NCBI GenBank assembly: GCA_903944895.1 | Contig: CAJATL010000226.1 | Location: forward strand, 7,762-71,761 | DNA: 64,000 nt | Direction of reading: 5' to 3' | From: an uncultured Bacteroidota bacterium | GTDB lineage: Bacteria; Bacteroidota; Bacteroidia; Bacteroidales; 4484-276 | In this document: positions 44,993-52,736 of the stretch, one piece after another | Position numbering within the stretch: position 1 is the stretch's first letter | Layout of the letters: every line of letters starts with the position of its first letter | The notes under the pieces: generated by a model | Databases searched by the model: none | Seen by the model: the letters and a program-made list of their open reading frames with translations, nothing else | What the model was told of the DNA's origin: nothing | Translations under genes and position numbers: made by a program

Positions 44993-45094
44993 TTTACTCT
45001 CTCGGTTAATAGTACTGAAAAGAAGTGCTAAAGCCTTGTAAGCTGAACCGAGACCAAATTTTTTAAACAAAGTATTAATCCGGCCAGCAATGGT

Positions 45095-45110
45095 CACAAA
45101 CTAAACTACA
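45095..45110 (+). promoter_or_regulatory. leader motif CACAAACTAAACTACA
   Basis: Immediately 5' of the ATG at 45111. Preceded by the hairpin TCTCGGTT..AACCGAGA plus T6. Confidence 0.45.
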
Positions 45111-45398
45111 ATGATAAATTTAAAAAAGAAAGTAACTCTCAAACGTAAGGTTACGCTAAAAAACAAGGAGGAACAGAAACTTGCTTACCTCAACATTTTA
45201 AACAGGCAAATTTTAAGGCTTGCCCGAATCTACCAAAGCCGAAAGGTTACAGTACAAAGCTCGGCATGGCACCAGCGGGTTTGTTCAATGCAATGCGATG
45301 TAATTCTTGAAAAGCATAGGATATTACGTCAGCCCAATTCAGTGACGGTGCAAGAGTTGGTATTTCGTGGAATGATAAACACAAACAGCCATGAATAA
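45111..45398 (+). CDS. hypothetical basic protein (95 aa)
   Basis: Track ORF. Confidence 0.5.
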   Translation: MINLKKKVTLKRKVTLKNKEEQKLAYLNILNRQILRLARIYQSRKVTVQSSAWHQRVCSMQCDVILEKHRILRQPNSVTVQELVFRGMINTNSHE

Positions 45399-45537
45399 AA
45401 ATTGGTTTTGTTATTACATGAATAACGACGGCAGAAGGGAAATAGTTGAGGAAGGGCTTACATACAGTGCAGCCGTGAAACTTTCTCAACAGTGGGTTAC
45501 AAAGTATCAAATCTATTTAGAAGTTGAATCGAAATGA
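45391..45537 (+). CDS. small hypothetical protein (48 aa)
   Basis: Own translation: MNKNWFCYYMNNDGRREIVEEGLTYSAAVKLSQQWVTKYQIYLEVESK. ATGA overlap with the gene starting at 45534. Confidence 0.45.
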   Translation: MNKNWFCYYMNNDGRREIVEEGLTYSAAVKLSQQWVTKYQIYLEVESK

Positions 45538-45755
45538 CCAACAAGCAGAAATCAAGAATCCTCAACAGTATGCTTGAGGATTCTTACAGTGAGGAAAGTT
45601 TCATCGAAAACTTTATTTACCTGACAAACAAGAACAGGGGAGATCACACAACAGAACGCGCGATGCGTAACGCTTACAGAAACGGCAAAGCCGGTGATAT
45701 GTTAATGAAGTATGATTCTATTGCAGCAAATCAAATGTTAAGTGATCGTGATTGA
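45534..45755 (+). CDS. hypothetical protein (73 aa)
   Basis: Track ORF. Confidence 0.55.
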   Translation: MTNKQKSRILNSMLEDSYSEESFIENFIYLTNKNRGDHTTERAMRNAYRNGKAGDMLMKYDSIAANQMLSDRD

Positions 45756-45865
45756 TAAGCTATACAGATTGATAACCTCCGCGCGGGTTGATCAATTAAC
45801 TACCTCAACCTTGATCGTTGGGGTTTTATGGGTGATTATGGTATTTATTGTAAAACATTTATAGT

Positions 45866-46360
45866 ATGAAAAAAGAATTAAAGAAGGTCAAACAGTTTAA
45901 AGGCCGGCAAATGGATGGCTTTAGTGCCGTTCTGTACCTCAACGATGTTAAAGTTTGTGATGTTATTAATCACGGCGATGGGTCAGCTTTTTATTATGGC
46001 CCATTGCTTACCGGCCAGCAAAAAGAATTATTGAGTGAATTTCAGATGATCGTAAGTAGTTTACCTCCCATCAAAGTAGATGATAACCTTTCCTTTGAGC
46101 CTGATATGGATTACTACCTTTCAGAATTATTGGAAACACAACAGGTGCAGGTAAAACTCGAGAAGCTGTACAAGAATCACATTGTTTTCGGGATTCCTGG
46201 AAATTGGTTTGAATTAAAAAAACTCAAAACACACCTACCTATATCGGAGCTATCCGATAAACACCTTCAAATCTATGTTAATGAAATTAAGTTAAAGCTA
46301 AAGCCAAACGAACAGATTTTAAACACAAATTTAAGGCCGTTACAAGTCGGCAATGAATAG
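45866..46360 (+). CDS. hypothetical protein (164 aa)
   Basis: Track ORF. Confidence 0.6.
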   Translation: MKKELKKVKQFKGRQMDGFSAVLYLNDVKVCDVINHGDGSAFYYGPLLTGQQKELLSEFQMIVSSLPPIKVDDNLSFEPDMDYYLSELLETQQVQVKLEKLYKNHIVFGIPGNWFELKKLKTHLPISELSDKHLQIYVNEIKLKLKPNEQILNTNLRPLQVGNE

Positions 46361-46385
46361 TGAGGGGTCGCCAGCGATGGCGGCT

Positions 46386-46401
46386 GTAAACTAACCTAAA
46401 T
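46386..46401 (+). promoter_or_regulatory. leader motif GTAAACTAACCTAAAT
   Basis: Part of a cassette shared with 43466-43558: GTTACAAGTCRGCAA .. AATAGTGAGGG .. TGTAAACTAAC. Confidence 0.5.
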
Positions 46402-46411
46402 TTTAATTATA

Positions 46412-46702
46412 ATGCGAATAGACAAATCGAAATTAAGAACAATGATCGTAGGGATTAATGATCACGTTGCCCAGCAATATTCTCAATCCTTGCTTGATCA
46501 GAAACTTGCTAACGGAAAACATAAATACCGGAGACTGGAAACGTTTACCGGCTTTGATATTGTTTTGCCGGTGTACACAGAAAGCTCGGCCAGTTATAAG
46601 GTAGTGTTTTCTTATCAATCAGAACCCGCTCAAATTTGGTGGGATGCTTCAATAGTTAATATTCATACTGTAAGAGAACAACAAGTAAGTATGTTTGCTT
46701 AG
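46412..46702 (+). CDS. hypothetical protein (96 aa)
   Basis: Track ORF. Confidence 0.55.
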   Translation: MRIDKSKLRTMIVGINDHVAQQYSQSLLDQKLANGKHKYRRLETFTGFDIVLPVYTESSASYKVVFSYQSEPAQIWWDASIVNIHTVREQQVSMFA

Positions 46703-46769
46703 TTCTTTTTTATGCGAATAGTAGCCATATATGTAATAATCTAAATATGTACAATGTAATAATACAACT

Positions 46770-47156
46770 ATGAATGATTTATTTGGAGAAGTAATTTACG
46801 CTTACACACGTAAGCAAGCCGTCGAGGATGGCTTTCAGGTATTGGCACCTGATACAGAGTGCAAAGCAGCCGGCATTAAATATCCGGTTTTTATCAATCG
46901 TACTGTTTGGGACAAGTATGTAGTTGTCCCGAAAATTATGGATGGATGGCAGGATGAATCGGGCCGGCTATGGGATATTCTTTTTATGTTCACACTGGCA
47001 GCAAAAAGGATTCAGGGTAATACCCTACTGTTTAAGTTGTTCGTGCAAAATACAAAGGCCAAGCCCCGCGAAATAACACTAAAAGCGGTGATCGGGCCGA
47101 ATGACATTGATAATCCTCAACCGGCAATAACAATTATGTTACCGGATGAAGATTAG
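46770..47156 (+). CDS. DUF6573-like protein, a family I recall from plasmid/ICE leading regions (128 aa)
   Basis: FGEVIYAYTRKQAVEDGFQV ... GRLWDILFMF ... LKAVIGPNDIDNPQPAITIMLPDED matches the remembered family pattern. Confidence 0.5.
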   Translation: MNDLFGEVIYAYTRKQAVEDGFQVLAPDTECKAAGIKYPVFINRTVWDKYVVVPKIMDGWQDESGRLWDILFMFTLAAKRIQGNTLLFKLFVQNTKAKPREITLKAVIGPNDIDNPQPAITIMLPDED

Positions 47157-47200
47157 GTTTAGTTTAGTTTAGGCGGCACCCCAAGGGGTGCTGCTTTTTT
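47156..47200 (+). terminator. intrinsic terminator preceded by the antisense version of the leader motif (possible 3'UTR-derived sRNA)
   Basis: GGTTTAGTTTAGTTTAGG, then GCGGCACCCC-aa-GGGGTGCTGC, then T6. Confidence 0.6.
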
Positions 47201-47280
47201 AAAAGTATTGATTCTATTGATAAAAATGCCATTCCCTCACGGGGTGGAGACAAAAATATTTTAATAAAAAAGGAGACAAA

Positions 47281-47460
47281 ATGAATATTACAAAAAGGCA
47301 CACTAAATGGCAAATTACCGGCGCAAAAGTCGATGGAGTTACTCAACAATTTACTTGTTTTGGTTCACGGGACAGAGATAGGATATTACATATTCTTACG
47401 CAAGACCCGACATTCACAGTAATCATATTAATCAATCAAGGAAAGGTAACAGGACTATGA
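47281..47460 (+). CDS. small hypothetical protein (59 aa)
   Basis: Own translation: MNITKRHTKWQITGAKVDGVTQQFTCFGSRDRDRILHILTQDPTFTVIILINQGKVTGL. Shine-Dalgarno AAGGAG upstream; ATGA overlap downstream. Confidence 0.5.
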   Translation: MNITKRHTKWQITGAKVDGVTQQFTCFGSRDRDRILHILTQDPTFTVIILINQGKVTGL

Positions 47461-47756
47461 GACATTCAAAAAAACCATGGCGTTACTGCGAAGAAAAACG
47501 CACCGTTTACAGTTCCTATGGAGACATAATTGCTCGAATAGTTGTTGGGGAATTGGAACGTAAAGGAGGGGAAAAAGACACAACAGCACATGCAAACGCT
47601 TTGCTTATGGCTGCCGCCCCTGAAATGCACGAAGCGCTTGTATTGATCAAGCAAATACTTACTGACTGGAATATTGAAGGCAGGTACATTAACGAAATCG
47701 AGTACATAAAAACAATCTTAAACAAAACACATGAAAACAATTCTTGCGTGGGTTAA
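47457..47756 (+). CDS. hypothetical protein (99 aa)
   Basis: Track ORF. Confidence 0.55.
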   Translation: MRHSKKPWRYCEEKRTVYSSYGDIIARIVVGELERKGGEKDTTAHANALLMAAAPEMHEALVLIKQILTDWNIEGRYINEIEYIKTILNKTHENNSCVG

Positions 47757-47874
47757 AAAAGTTCACTGGCCATCTTTGGCTATCGCCACTTATGTAGTGG
47801 TTGCCTGTGTTGCGCTTTTCTATTGGCTGTTAACTGCATTGATTGACCTTTTCAATGCGATAAATTTCTGGTAA
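47731..47874 (+). CDS. small membrane protein (47 aa)
   Basis: Own translation: MKTILAWVKKVHWPSLAIATYVVVACVALFYWLLTALIDLFNAINFW. Confidence 0.4.
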   Translation: MKTILAWVKKVHWPSLAIATYVVVACVALFYWLLTALIDLFNAINFW

Positions 47875-47949
47875 CAGAAACCCTCCCCGATGATGGCCTG
47901 AAAAGAAGGTCAATGTTTTGGAGACTGATCGGGGAACAAGTTTTTTTTA

Positions 47950-47963
47950 TTAACTAACTAAAT
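47950..47963 (+). promoter_or_regulatory. leader motif TTAACTAACTAAAT
   Basis: Preceded by the hairpin TCCCCGAT..ATCGGGGA plus T8. The ATG is at 47973. Confidence 0.5.
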
Positions 47964-47972
47964 ATTATTTTT

Positions 47973-48200
47973 ATGGACAAATTAAATAAACAGCATGTAC
48001 AAAATGCGCTGGATTCATTCAAAAAAGAGAATCCAGAATTACAGGATTTTACCCTACAATGGGCCGACAAACGGTTAGGGAAGAAAGTTGCTCTTGTAAA
48101 TAAACTCGGTCACATTCAAACCGATTTTATGACACTCACTGAAATGAATCAGTTTTTGCGTGGATATTATTTTAAATCGACTAACAAATTTGTGAAATGA
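47973..48200 (+). CDS. hypothetical protein (75 aa)
   Basis: Track ORF. Confidence 0.55.
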   Translation: MDKLNKQHVQNALDSFKKENPELQDFTLQWADKRLGKKVALVNKLGHIQTDFMTLTEMNQFLRGYYFKSTNKFVK

Positions 48201-48376
48201 AAACATTTTGCTCACAACAGGAACATGAACGCAAGACACCATACATTGCGGTTGACCGGATCACGAATGAAATACACAATTCATTCTCTACTCGTAAAGT
48301 AGCTAAAAATTGGGTACTTAAAACCAATCCAACATCAAACATTGAGATCACAACACGTAAAAAATTCAAGCCATGA
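48197..48376 (+). CDS. small hypothetical protein (59 aa)
   Basis: Own translation: MKTFCSQQEHERKTPYIAVDRITNEIHNSFSTRKVAKNWVLKTNPTSNIEITTRKKFKP. ATGA overlaps at both ends. Confidence 0.45.
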   Translation: MKTFCSQQEHERKTPYIAVDRITNEIHNSFSTRKVAKNWVLKTNPTSNIEITTRKKFKP

Positions 48377-48525
48377 AAAAAGTAAAATGTAAATTAATCC
48401 TTCACGGATCGTGCAAACAGCTTGATTGGGGGATATTTGAAAGTATCACAGCAGCAAAGAAATATGTTCGTGAGTGCTGGGATCGGCCCTACACGATTGT
48501 TAAACTCAAAAATCAATCAACATGA
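48373..48525 (+). CDS. small hypothetical protein (50 aa)
   Basis: Own translation: MKKVKCKLILHGSCKQLDWGIFESITAAKKYVRECWDRPYTIVKLKNQST. ATGA overlaps at both ends. Confidence 0.45.
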   Translation: MKKVKCKLILHGSCKQLDWGIFESITAAKKYVRECWDRPYTIVKLKNQST

Positions 48526-48716
48526 AAACATACTTTGTGCGCGACAAATCCGGTAGGTGTGGTACCAACACCCTGACCGATGAAGCTATTAACATCTTTG
48601 ATGATGATGAAGATTTAAGCTGGGATGGTGAACGTTTAAATGAATGGACACCGGAAGCTGGTGTTGGTGATGTATGGGAAAACAATTCACTCGAAATAAC
48701 CTGTATTGCCGTATGA
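48522..48716 (+). CDS. hypothetical acidic protein (64 aa)
   Basis: Track ORF. Confidence 0.5.
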   Translation: MKTYFVRDKSGRCGTNTLTDEAINIFDDDEDLSWDGERLNEWTPEAGVGDVWENNSLEITCIAV

Positions 48717-48859
48717 AAACACTTTACTATTTTATGGAAAGGCTGGTATGGTCTAAAAGGGTTGATGTGATATTAAACGCCATCTTGATCCTATTAACCA
48801 TGTGCGTAACGGCTTGGGTTATTATTGCCATCATTTACTTTAAGGAGGAGGTTTTATGA
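48713..48859 (+). CDS. small membrane protein (48 aa from ATG 48713)
   Basis: Track ORF 48674..48859, trimmed to the ATGA-coupled start. TM segment ILNAILILLTMCVTAWVIIAIIYF. Confidence 0.45.
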   Translation: MKTLYYFMERLVWSKRVDVILNAILILLTMCVTAWVIIAIIYFKEEVL

Positions 48860-48963
48860 ATAACGGATTGATCTACATTATTGTCTGTGTTGTGTTCTTC
48901 GCTATTTTTATGGTGAAGGTATTCAGTCAGGACAAGGATGATGATGCTGGGAATTTAGCTTAA
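48856..48963 (+). CDS. small membrane peptide (35 aa)
   Basis: Own translation: MNNGLIYIIVCVVFFAIFMVKVFSQDKDDDAGNLA. ATGA overlap upstream. Confidence 0.4.
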   Translation: MNNGLIYIIVCVVFFAIFMVKVFSQDKDDDAGNLA

Positions 48964-48991
48964 TTAAATTTTAATTTTTAATAAATAATTT

Positions 48992-49726
48992 ATGACAACG
49001 AAAGAAGAAGTATTACAAAATTGTACAGTAGAAGGCAATGTAATTAAACTACCAACCGAGCAACTGGATAGAAAACTTTATCAAGATGTGGCAAAATCAC
49101 TGGAATTAATTGGCGGTAAGTGGAAAGGAGGAAAGATATTTGGGTTTGTTTTTGCAACAGACCCAACCGATTTGCTTGATCAAATTGCCAATGGAGAAAA
49201 GCGAAATCTTAAAAAAGAGTTTCAATTTTTTGCAACCCCAGATAAACTGGCTGATAAGCTGGTTTATTTAGCTGACCTAAAACAACACGACACTATTTTA
49301 GAGCCAAGTGCGGGGCAAGGGGCTATTATTAAAGCGATAAATAAGGTTTGTGATGTTGCGCCTGATTGCTTTGAATTAATGGACGTAAATGCCATTATTT
49401 TAAATAAAAGCGGCCTTCGGTTTAATTTGATTGGTGATGATTTCCTGAAACACAACGGTAAAACATACACCAAGATAATTGCCAATCCTCCTTTTACAAA
49501 AAACCAAGACATTGATCATTTAAAAGAAATGTATGGGTGTCTTTCCCGTGGGGGTAGATTGGTTTGCATTACTTCTGAAAGCTGGGAAAATGGAAGTCAG
49601 AAAAAGCAGGTTGACTTCAAAAGCTGGCTCAAGGAAGTTAATGCAGAAGTAATTGACATTGAAAAGGGAGTATTTAAAGAAAGTGGAACTGTTGTTGGTG
49701 GCAAAATTGTAGTCATTAACAAGTAG
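48992..49726 (+). CDS. SAM-dependent DNA methyltransferase, N6-adenine type (NPPF) (244 aa)
   Basis: Motif I ILEPSAGQGAII. Motif IV IIANPPFTKNQD. Confidence 0.75.
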   Translation: MTTKEEVLQNCTVEGNVIKLPTEQLDRKLYQDVAKSLELIGGKWKGGKIFGFVFATDPTDLLDQIANGEKRNLKKEFQFFATPDKLADKLVYLADLKQHDTILEPSAGQGAIIKAINKVCDVAPDCFELMDVNAIILNKSGLRFNLIGDDFLKHNGKTYTKIIANPPFTKNQDIDHLKEMYGCLSRGGRLVCITSESWENGSQKKQVDFKSWLKEVNAEVIDIEKGVFKESGTVVGGKIVVINK

Positions 49727-49760
49727 CTACAATAAACGCATTTAACTTATCAGGTAAATC

Positions 49761-49800
49761 AAAAAAGGCGACCTCGTTAATTCGGGGCCGCCTTTTTTTT
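49761..49800. terminator. bidirectional terminator between convergent operons
   Basis: A6-GGCGACCTCG-ttaatt-CGGGGCCGCC-T8. Confidence 0.75.
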
Positions 49801-49802
49801 GT

Positions 49803-49952
49803 TTAGAGCAGTATCAATATCATAAAATCTTTCAATGCACGGATTATTCCGCGATCCTTGGCAGCCTCCCTTGCTGCGGTTGGCGAGAATCCTTTTCTGA
49901 TCAGAAGGTTGTACCTCCGCTGTTCAGACTTATTAAGCATAACTTCTTTCAT
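49803..49952 (-). CDS. small hypothetical protein (49 aa)
   Basis: Own translation: MKEVMLNKSEQRRYNLLIRKGFSPTAAREAAKDRGIIRALKDFMILILL. The stop abuts the terminator. Confidence 0.4.
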   Translation of the reverse strand: MKEVMLNKSEQRRYNLLIRKGFSPTAAREAAKDRGIIRALKDFMILILL

Positions 49953-49985
49953 TTTGCAAAGATACTACATATTTGTTAAAATCAG

Positions 49986-50534
49986 TTATTTAATTACAAC
50001 GATCCACACCCCCGGGTTATTACGATCAAGCTTCCATGTTTTGAATACTGGTATCAGGTGACGTGAATCATCGTTCTCAATCCATCCGGATTTTACCATC
50101 ATGTCCTGAACAAGCTGGGACATATTGGTATAATCGAATATCCCTTCCGTCCTTCGGTGGAAGATAAACTCAATTTTTAATGGGAAGGGAAGCCCATCGG
50201 TAAGCTCGATGAATCTTTCTGTATGCTGCCGGTACACTGCCAGTTTTTGTTTTTTGTATTCGGTGACCGATTTGCTGGAACTTATGAACGGGATCATCCT
50301 TACCCCGCCATAGCTCCATTTACTCGATTCTCCATACTTCGGCTTACGCATGTGTATTGTATGGCTATTTTTTGAGCTGTACACTTCACCTGGAATGAAG
50401 ATTGAGTTTTTTACTTCGATATGAGCAACGTATTCAGGGAGTAATTCGGGCATCACTAATCGTTTCCCTGATACCTTGATTACCCCCTGACACATCAACT
50501 TTTTAAACTCACTCGCCGTTAGTTTGTCTTGCAT
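49986..50534 (-). CDS. rusA: RusA-like Holliday junction resolvase (start uncertain: ATG 50534 or 50495; track start 50642 is TTG)
   Basis: C-terminal FDYTNMSQLVQDMMVKSGWIENDDSRHLIPV fits the RusA D..N..K...D....G...DD pattern as recalled, with Q in place of the K. Confidence 0.5.
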   Translation of the reverse strand: MQDKLTASEFKKLMCQGVIKVSGKRLVMPELLPEYVAHIEVKNSIFIPGEVYSSKNSHTIHMRKPKYGESSKWSYGGVRMIPFISSSKSVTEYKKQKLAVYRQHTERFIELTDGLPFPLKIEFIFHRRTEGIFDYTNMSQLVQDMMVKSGWIENDDSRHLIPVFKTWKLDRNNPGVWIVVIK

Positions 50535-51237
50535 CTTTTGGCGGGTGGGGTCCAACAACTTTACGATGATCCTTTTCTGATTCGGGATAAGTGCGCGGGG
50601 TTTTATTGTTCGGCGACCCCTCCCTTCTTTTTTTAGGCTCAATCACGTGCATCGTACCTTGTCCCGGATCAACTTTTGCCGGCGGGGTTGCTTCTTCAAA
50701 ACTTGCCGGCTGCTGTTCTTTGGATAGGTCGGCTTGTTTTGCGCGTTGCTCCTCGATCTTCTTCTGTAAAATGGCCTGTTCTTCCATTATCATCCGATTG
50801 TAGCGCTCAAAGGCTGCATTTGATGCCTCGATGGAATTGCGAAGCACATAAGCTCCTTTATGAAGTGTGTAACGCGGTACATCTGCTGTTTTGCCAAAGA
50901 TTGTGTACCTCCACCCCATCACTGCCTTTTGATATTCCTTCCATTGGACTACCGCCTTTGTCTCTCCGAGGGTTACATACTCTCCCGATGTATTGGGAAT
51001 AAGGTCGGCGTGATGAATCATTTCCTCCACAACCGGAGTAGTTGTTAGGGCTGTAAAGATTTGCATGTAGGTTTCCCTGATCATTACTTTACGCTCTGTT
51101 TCAACATGATTTTGAATGAACATAGCTGCTTGCTGATTCATCACCCTGACGAGTTCTTGTTCAAGGTCTCTGTCTTTTAACTGTCCGGCTTTGTGGGCGT
51201 GGATCAGTGTTCTAATAATTTCTTGTCCTGTCTGCAT
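50509..51237 (-). CDS. hypothetical protein (242 aa)
   Basis: Track ORF. Confidence 0.6.
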   Translation of the reverse strand: MQTGQEIIRTLIHAHKAGQLKDRDLEQELVRVMNQQAAMFIQNHVETERKVMIRETYMQIFTALTTTPVVEEMIHHADLIPNTSGEYVTLGETKAVVQWKEYQKAVMGWRYTIFGKTADVPRYTLHKGAYVLRNSIEASNAAFERYNRMIMEEQAILQKKIEEQRAKQADLSKEQQPASFEEATPPAKVDPGQGTMHVIEPKKRREGSPNNKTPRTYPESEKDHRKVVGPHPPKDARQTNGE

Positions 51238-51280
51238 AACTTATTAATTTTTGATAAAAGAATTATAAAAACATTAATTT

Positions 51281-51508
51281 TTAATGTGCACTTGTCCATA
51301 AAATAGCCTTACCAACACGAATCGGCGCGTGAACGGTAATATTGCCTTTCTTATCTGACTTTGTTATAAAACAAAGGCAACCTGCCTGTTGCAAAATATT
51401 TCCAACCTCCAATATTTCATCTGATTTCGTAACAAGCTCGAATGTTCTCCGGCCAACCTTCCTCACTTCTAAAATATCAACCTTTTTTAGTTCCGAAATT
51501 TCGTTCAT
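51281..51508 (-). CDS. hypothetical protein (75 aa)
   Basis: Track ORF. Confidence 0.5.
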   Translation of the reverse strand: MNEISELKKVDILEVRKVGRRTFELVTKSDEILEVGNILQQAGCLCFITKSDKKGNITVHAPIRVGKAILWTSAH

Positions 51509-51522
51509 GGTGACTGGCTAAT

Positions 51523-52452
51523 TTATAACTTACTTAAAAGATATTCCTCAAATTTACGGGCCACTATATCATAATCAAACTCTTTTGCTTTTTCCTGGGC
51601 TTGTTCTGATAAGTATTCCCGCAGTTTATCATTATTCATTAAAAGGTTGATGGCGTCAACAAAGTCTCTCACGCTGTTGTCGGATAGCACAAAAGCTGTT
51701 TTGTTGTTAATAGCGAAGTCTTTCACTGCTGGTATGTCGTTACATATTACAGCGCATCCACAGGCCATTGCTTCCAGAACAGGGTTACACCATCCGGCCC
51801 GAAGGTGGTTGTCCACAAAAATCTTGGTGCGGTTCAGAAATTCTACTATAAATTTCTGGTCTCCTTTGGCCCAATAGTAGTCATGCTTCCATGTTATTCT
51901 TTCCAGCGCTGAAAGTATGGTACCCGTTCCTTTACGTGGCCGGCGATCTCCTGAATAACCTACGTCAATATTCCTTTTGGAATTGGTGTTGTTAAACTGC
52001 TGTATGTTGATGCCCCCAATTGGTACGCCTGTACATATCCCAAGTTCCTTGAAGTAGTCAAGCTGCCACTGGCCATCTGCACACACTTCATAGTTCATCA
52101 GGATTTCTTTTAGGTTGCGATCTACCGCATTGCCTTTTAAGTCTTCCAAGGAAAACCTTTCGTGGTCGAAGCCCATCATCACAAATGTTTTGAATTTTGA
52201 ATCACAGTTTCTAAATTCCGTCATGTGATAGTCGAATGGTGAATCCATCAGGATAAGTGCATCCATCTTAGGTAAATTATCGTTCAACGACAATTTAGCG
52301 TTTATTGGCATCCAGTGACGTACTGGGAAATTTACTTGATCAAAATAGATGGTTACATCGTGATGCCATGCAACCAGTCTATTTGATATTTCAAGTAATT
52401 CCCTTATACTGCCGAATAACCCAAGGTGAGTTGTTAAGAATCCTATTTTCAT
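51523..52452 (-). CDS. GT-B (GT1/GT4-like) glycosyltransferase (309 aa)
   Basis: MKIGFLTTHLGLFGS N-terminus. C-terminal GWCNPVLEAMACGCAVICNDIP. Confidence 0.7.
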   Translation of the reverse strand: MKIGFLTTHLGLFGSIRELLEISNRLVAWHHDVTIYFDQVNFPVRHWMPINAKLSLNDNLPKMDALILMDSPFDYHMTEFRNCDSKFKTFVMMGFDHERFSLEDLKGNAVDRNLKEILMNYEVCADGQWQLDYFKELGICTGVPIGGINIQQFNNTNSKRNIDVGYSGDRRPRKGTGTILSALERITWKHDYYWAKGDQKFIVEFLNRTKIFVDNHLRAGWCNPVLEAMACGCAVICNDIPAVKDFAINNKTAFVLSDNSVRDFVDAINLLMNNDKLREYLSEQAQEKAKEFDYDIVARKFEEYLLSKL

Positions 52453-52715
52453 AGTTTTTCGATTTCTGTTTTTACTTCATTCCAAAACTCTAAATGGTTC
52501 GTGGTTTTTAAATACAAATCATTTGGATACTTACTACCTCCCAATAAACATTCGAGTTTTAATATTTCGTCAACTGCGATGGTTGCGCATCGTTTGGCTT
52601 GTTTAATAATTTGCTCTGGATATTCTGTGTTTGTAAGCATCGAGCTTCCTACATATCCATGAACATAATCCTTAAACTTTTCGGTTAACTCATTTGCTTT
52701 TTCTTGCGGTGTCAT
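52449..52715 (-). CDS. hypothetical protein (88 aa)
   Basis: Track ORF with a 4-nt overlap. Confidence 0.55.
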   Translation of the reverse strand: MTPQEKANELTEKFKDYVHGYVGSSMLTNTEYPEQIIKQAKRCATIAVDEILKLECLLGGSKYPNDLYLKTTNHLEFWNEVKTEIEKL

Positions 52716-52736
52716 AACTTAAAATTATGTTTTATT

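Noticed and set aside
45829-45869. A 13-codon upstream mini-ORF (MGDYGIYCKTFIV) overlapping the start of gene 45866 by ATGA, as a possible leader peptide.
   Set aside because: It is too short and unsupported, and could arise by chance in AT-rich leader sequence.
37347-47740. Antisense or alternative-frame track ORFs within the early operon: 37347..37688, 37934..38158, 38524..38814, 38555..38854, 38652..38864, 38967..39219, 39658..39918, 40608..40796, 41049..41258, 41822..42007, 44338..44545, 44792..45097, 45247..45510, 46433..46618, 47164..47349, 47466..47740.
   Set aside because: Each overlaps a better-supported, coupled + strand gene and lacks start-site context. They are treated as shadow ORFs.
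50495-50642. A 134-nt overlap between ORFs 49986..50642 and 50509..51237, with an A7 run (50628-50634), as a possible slippage or frameshift fusion.
   Set aside because: The long overlap depends on a TTG start chosen by the ORF caller. ATG starts at 50534 or 50495 remove most or all of the overlap. There is no other support for frameshifting.
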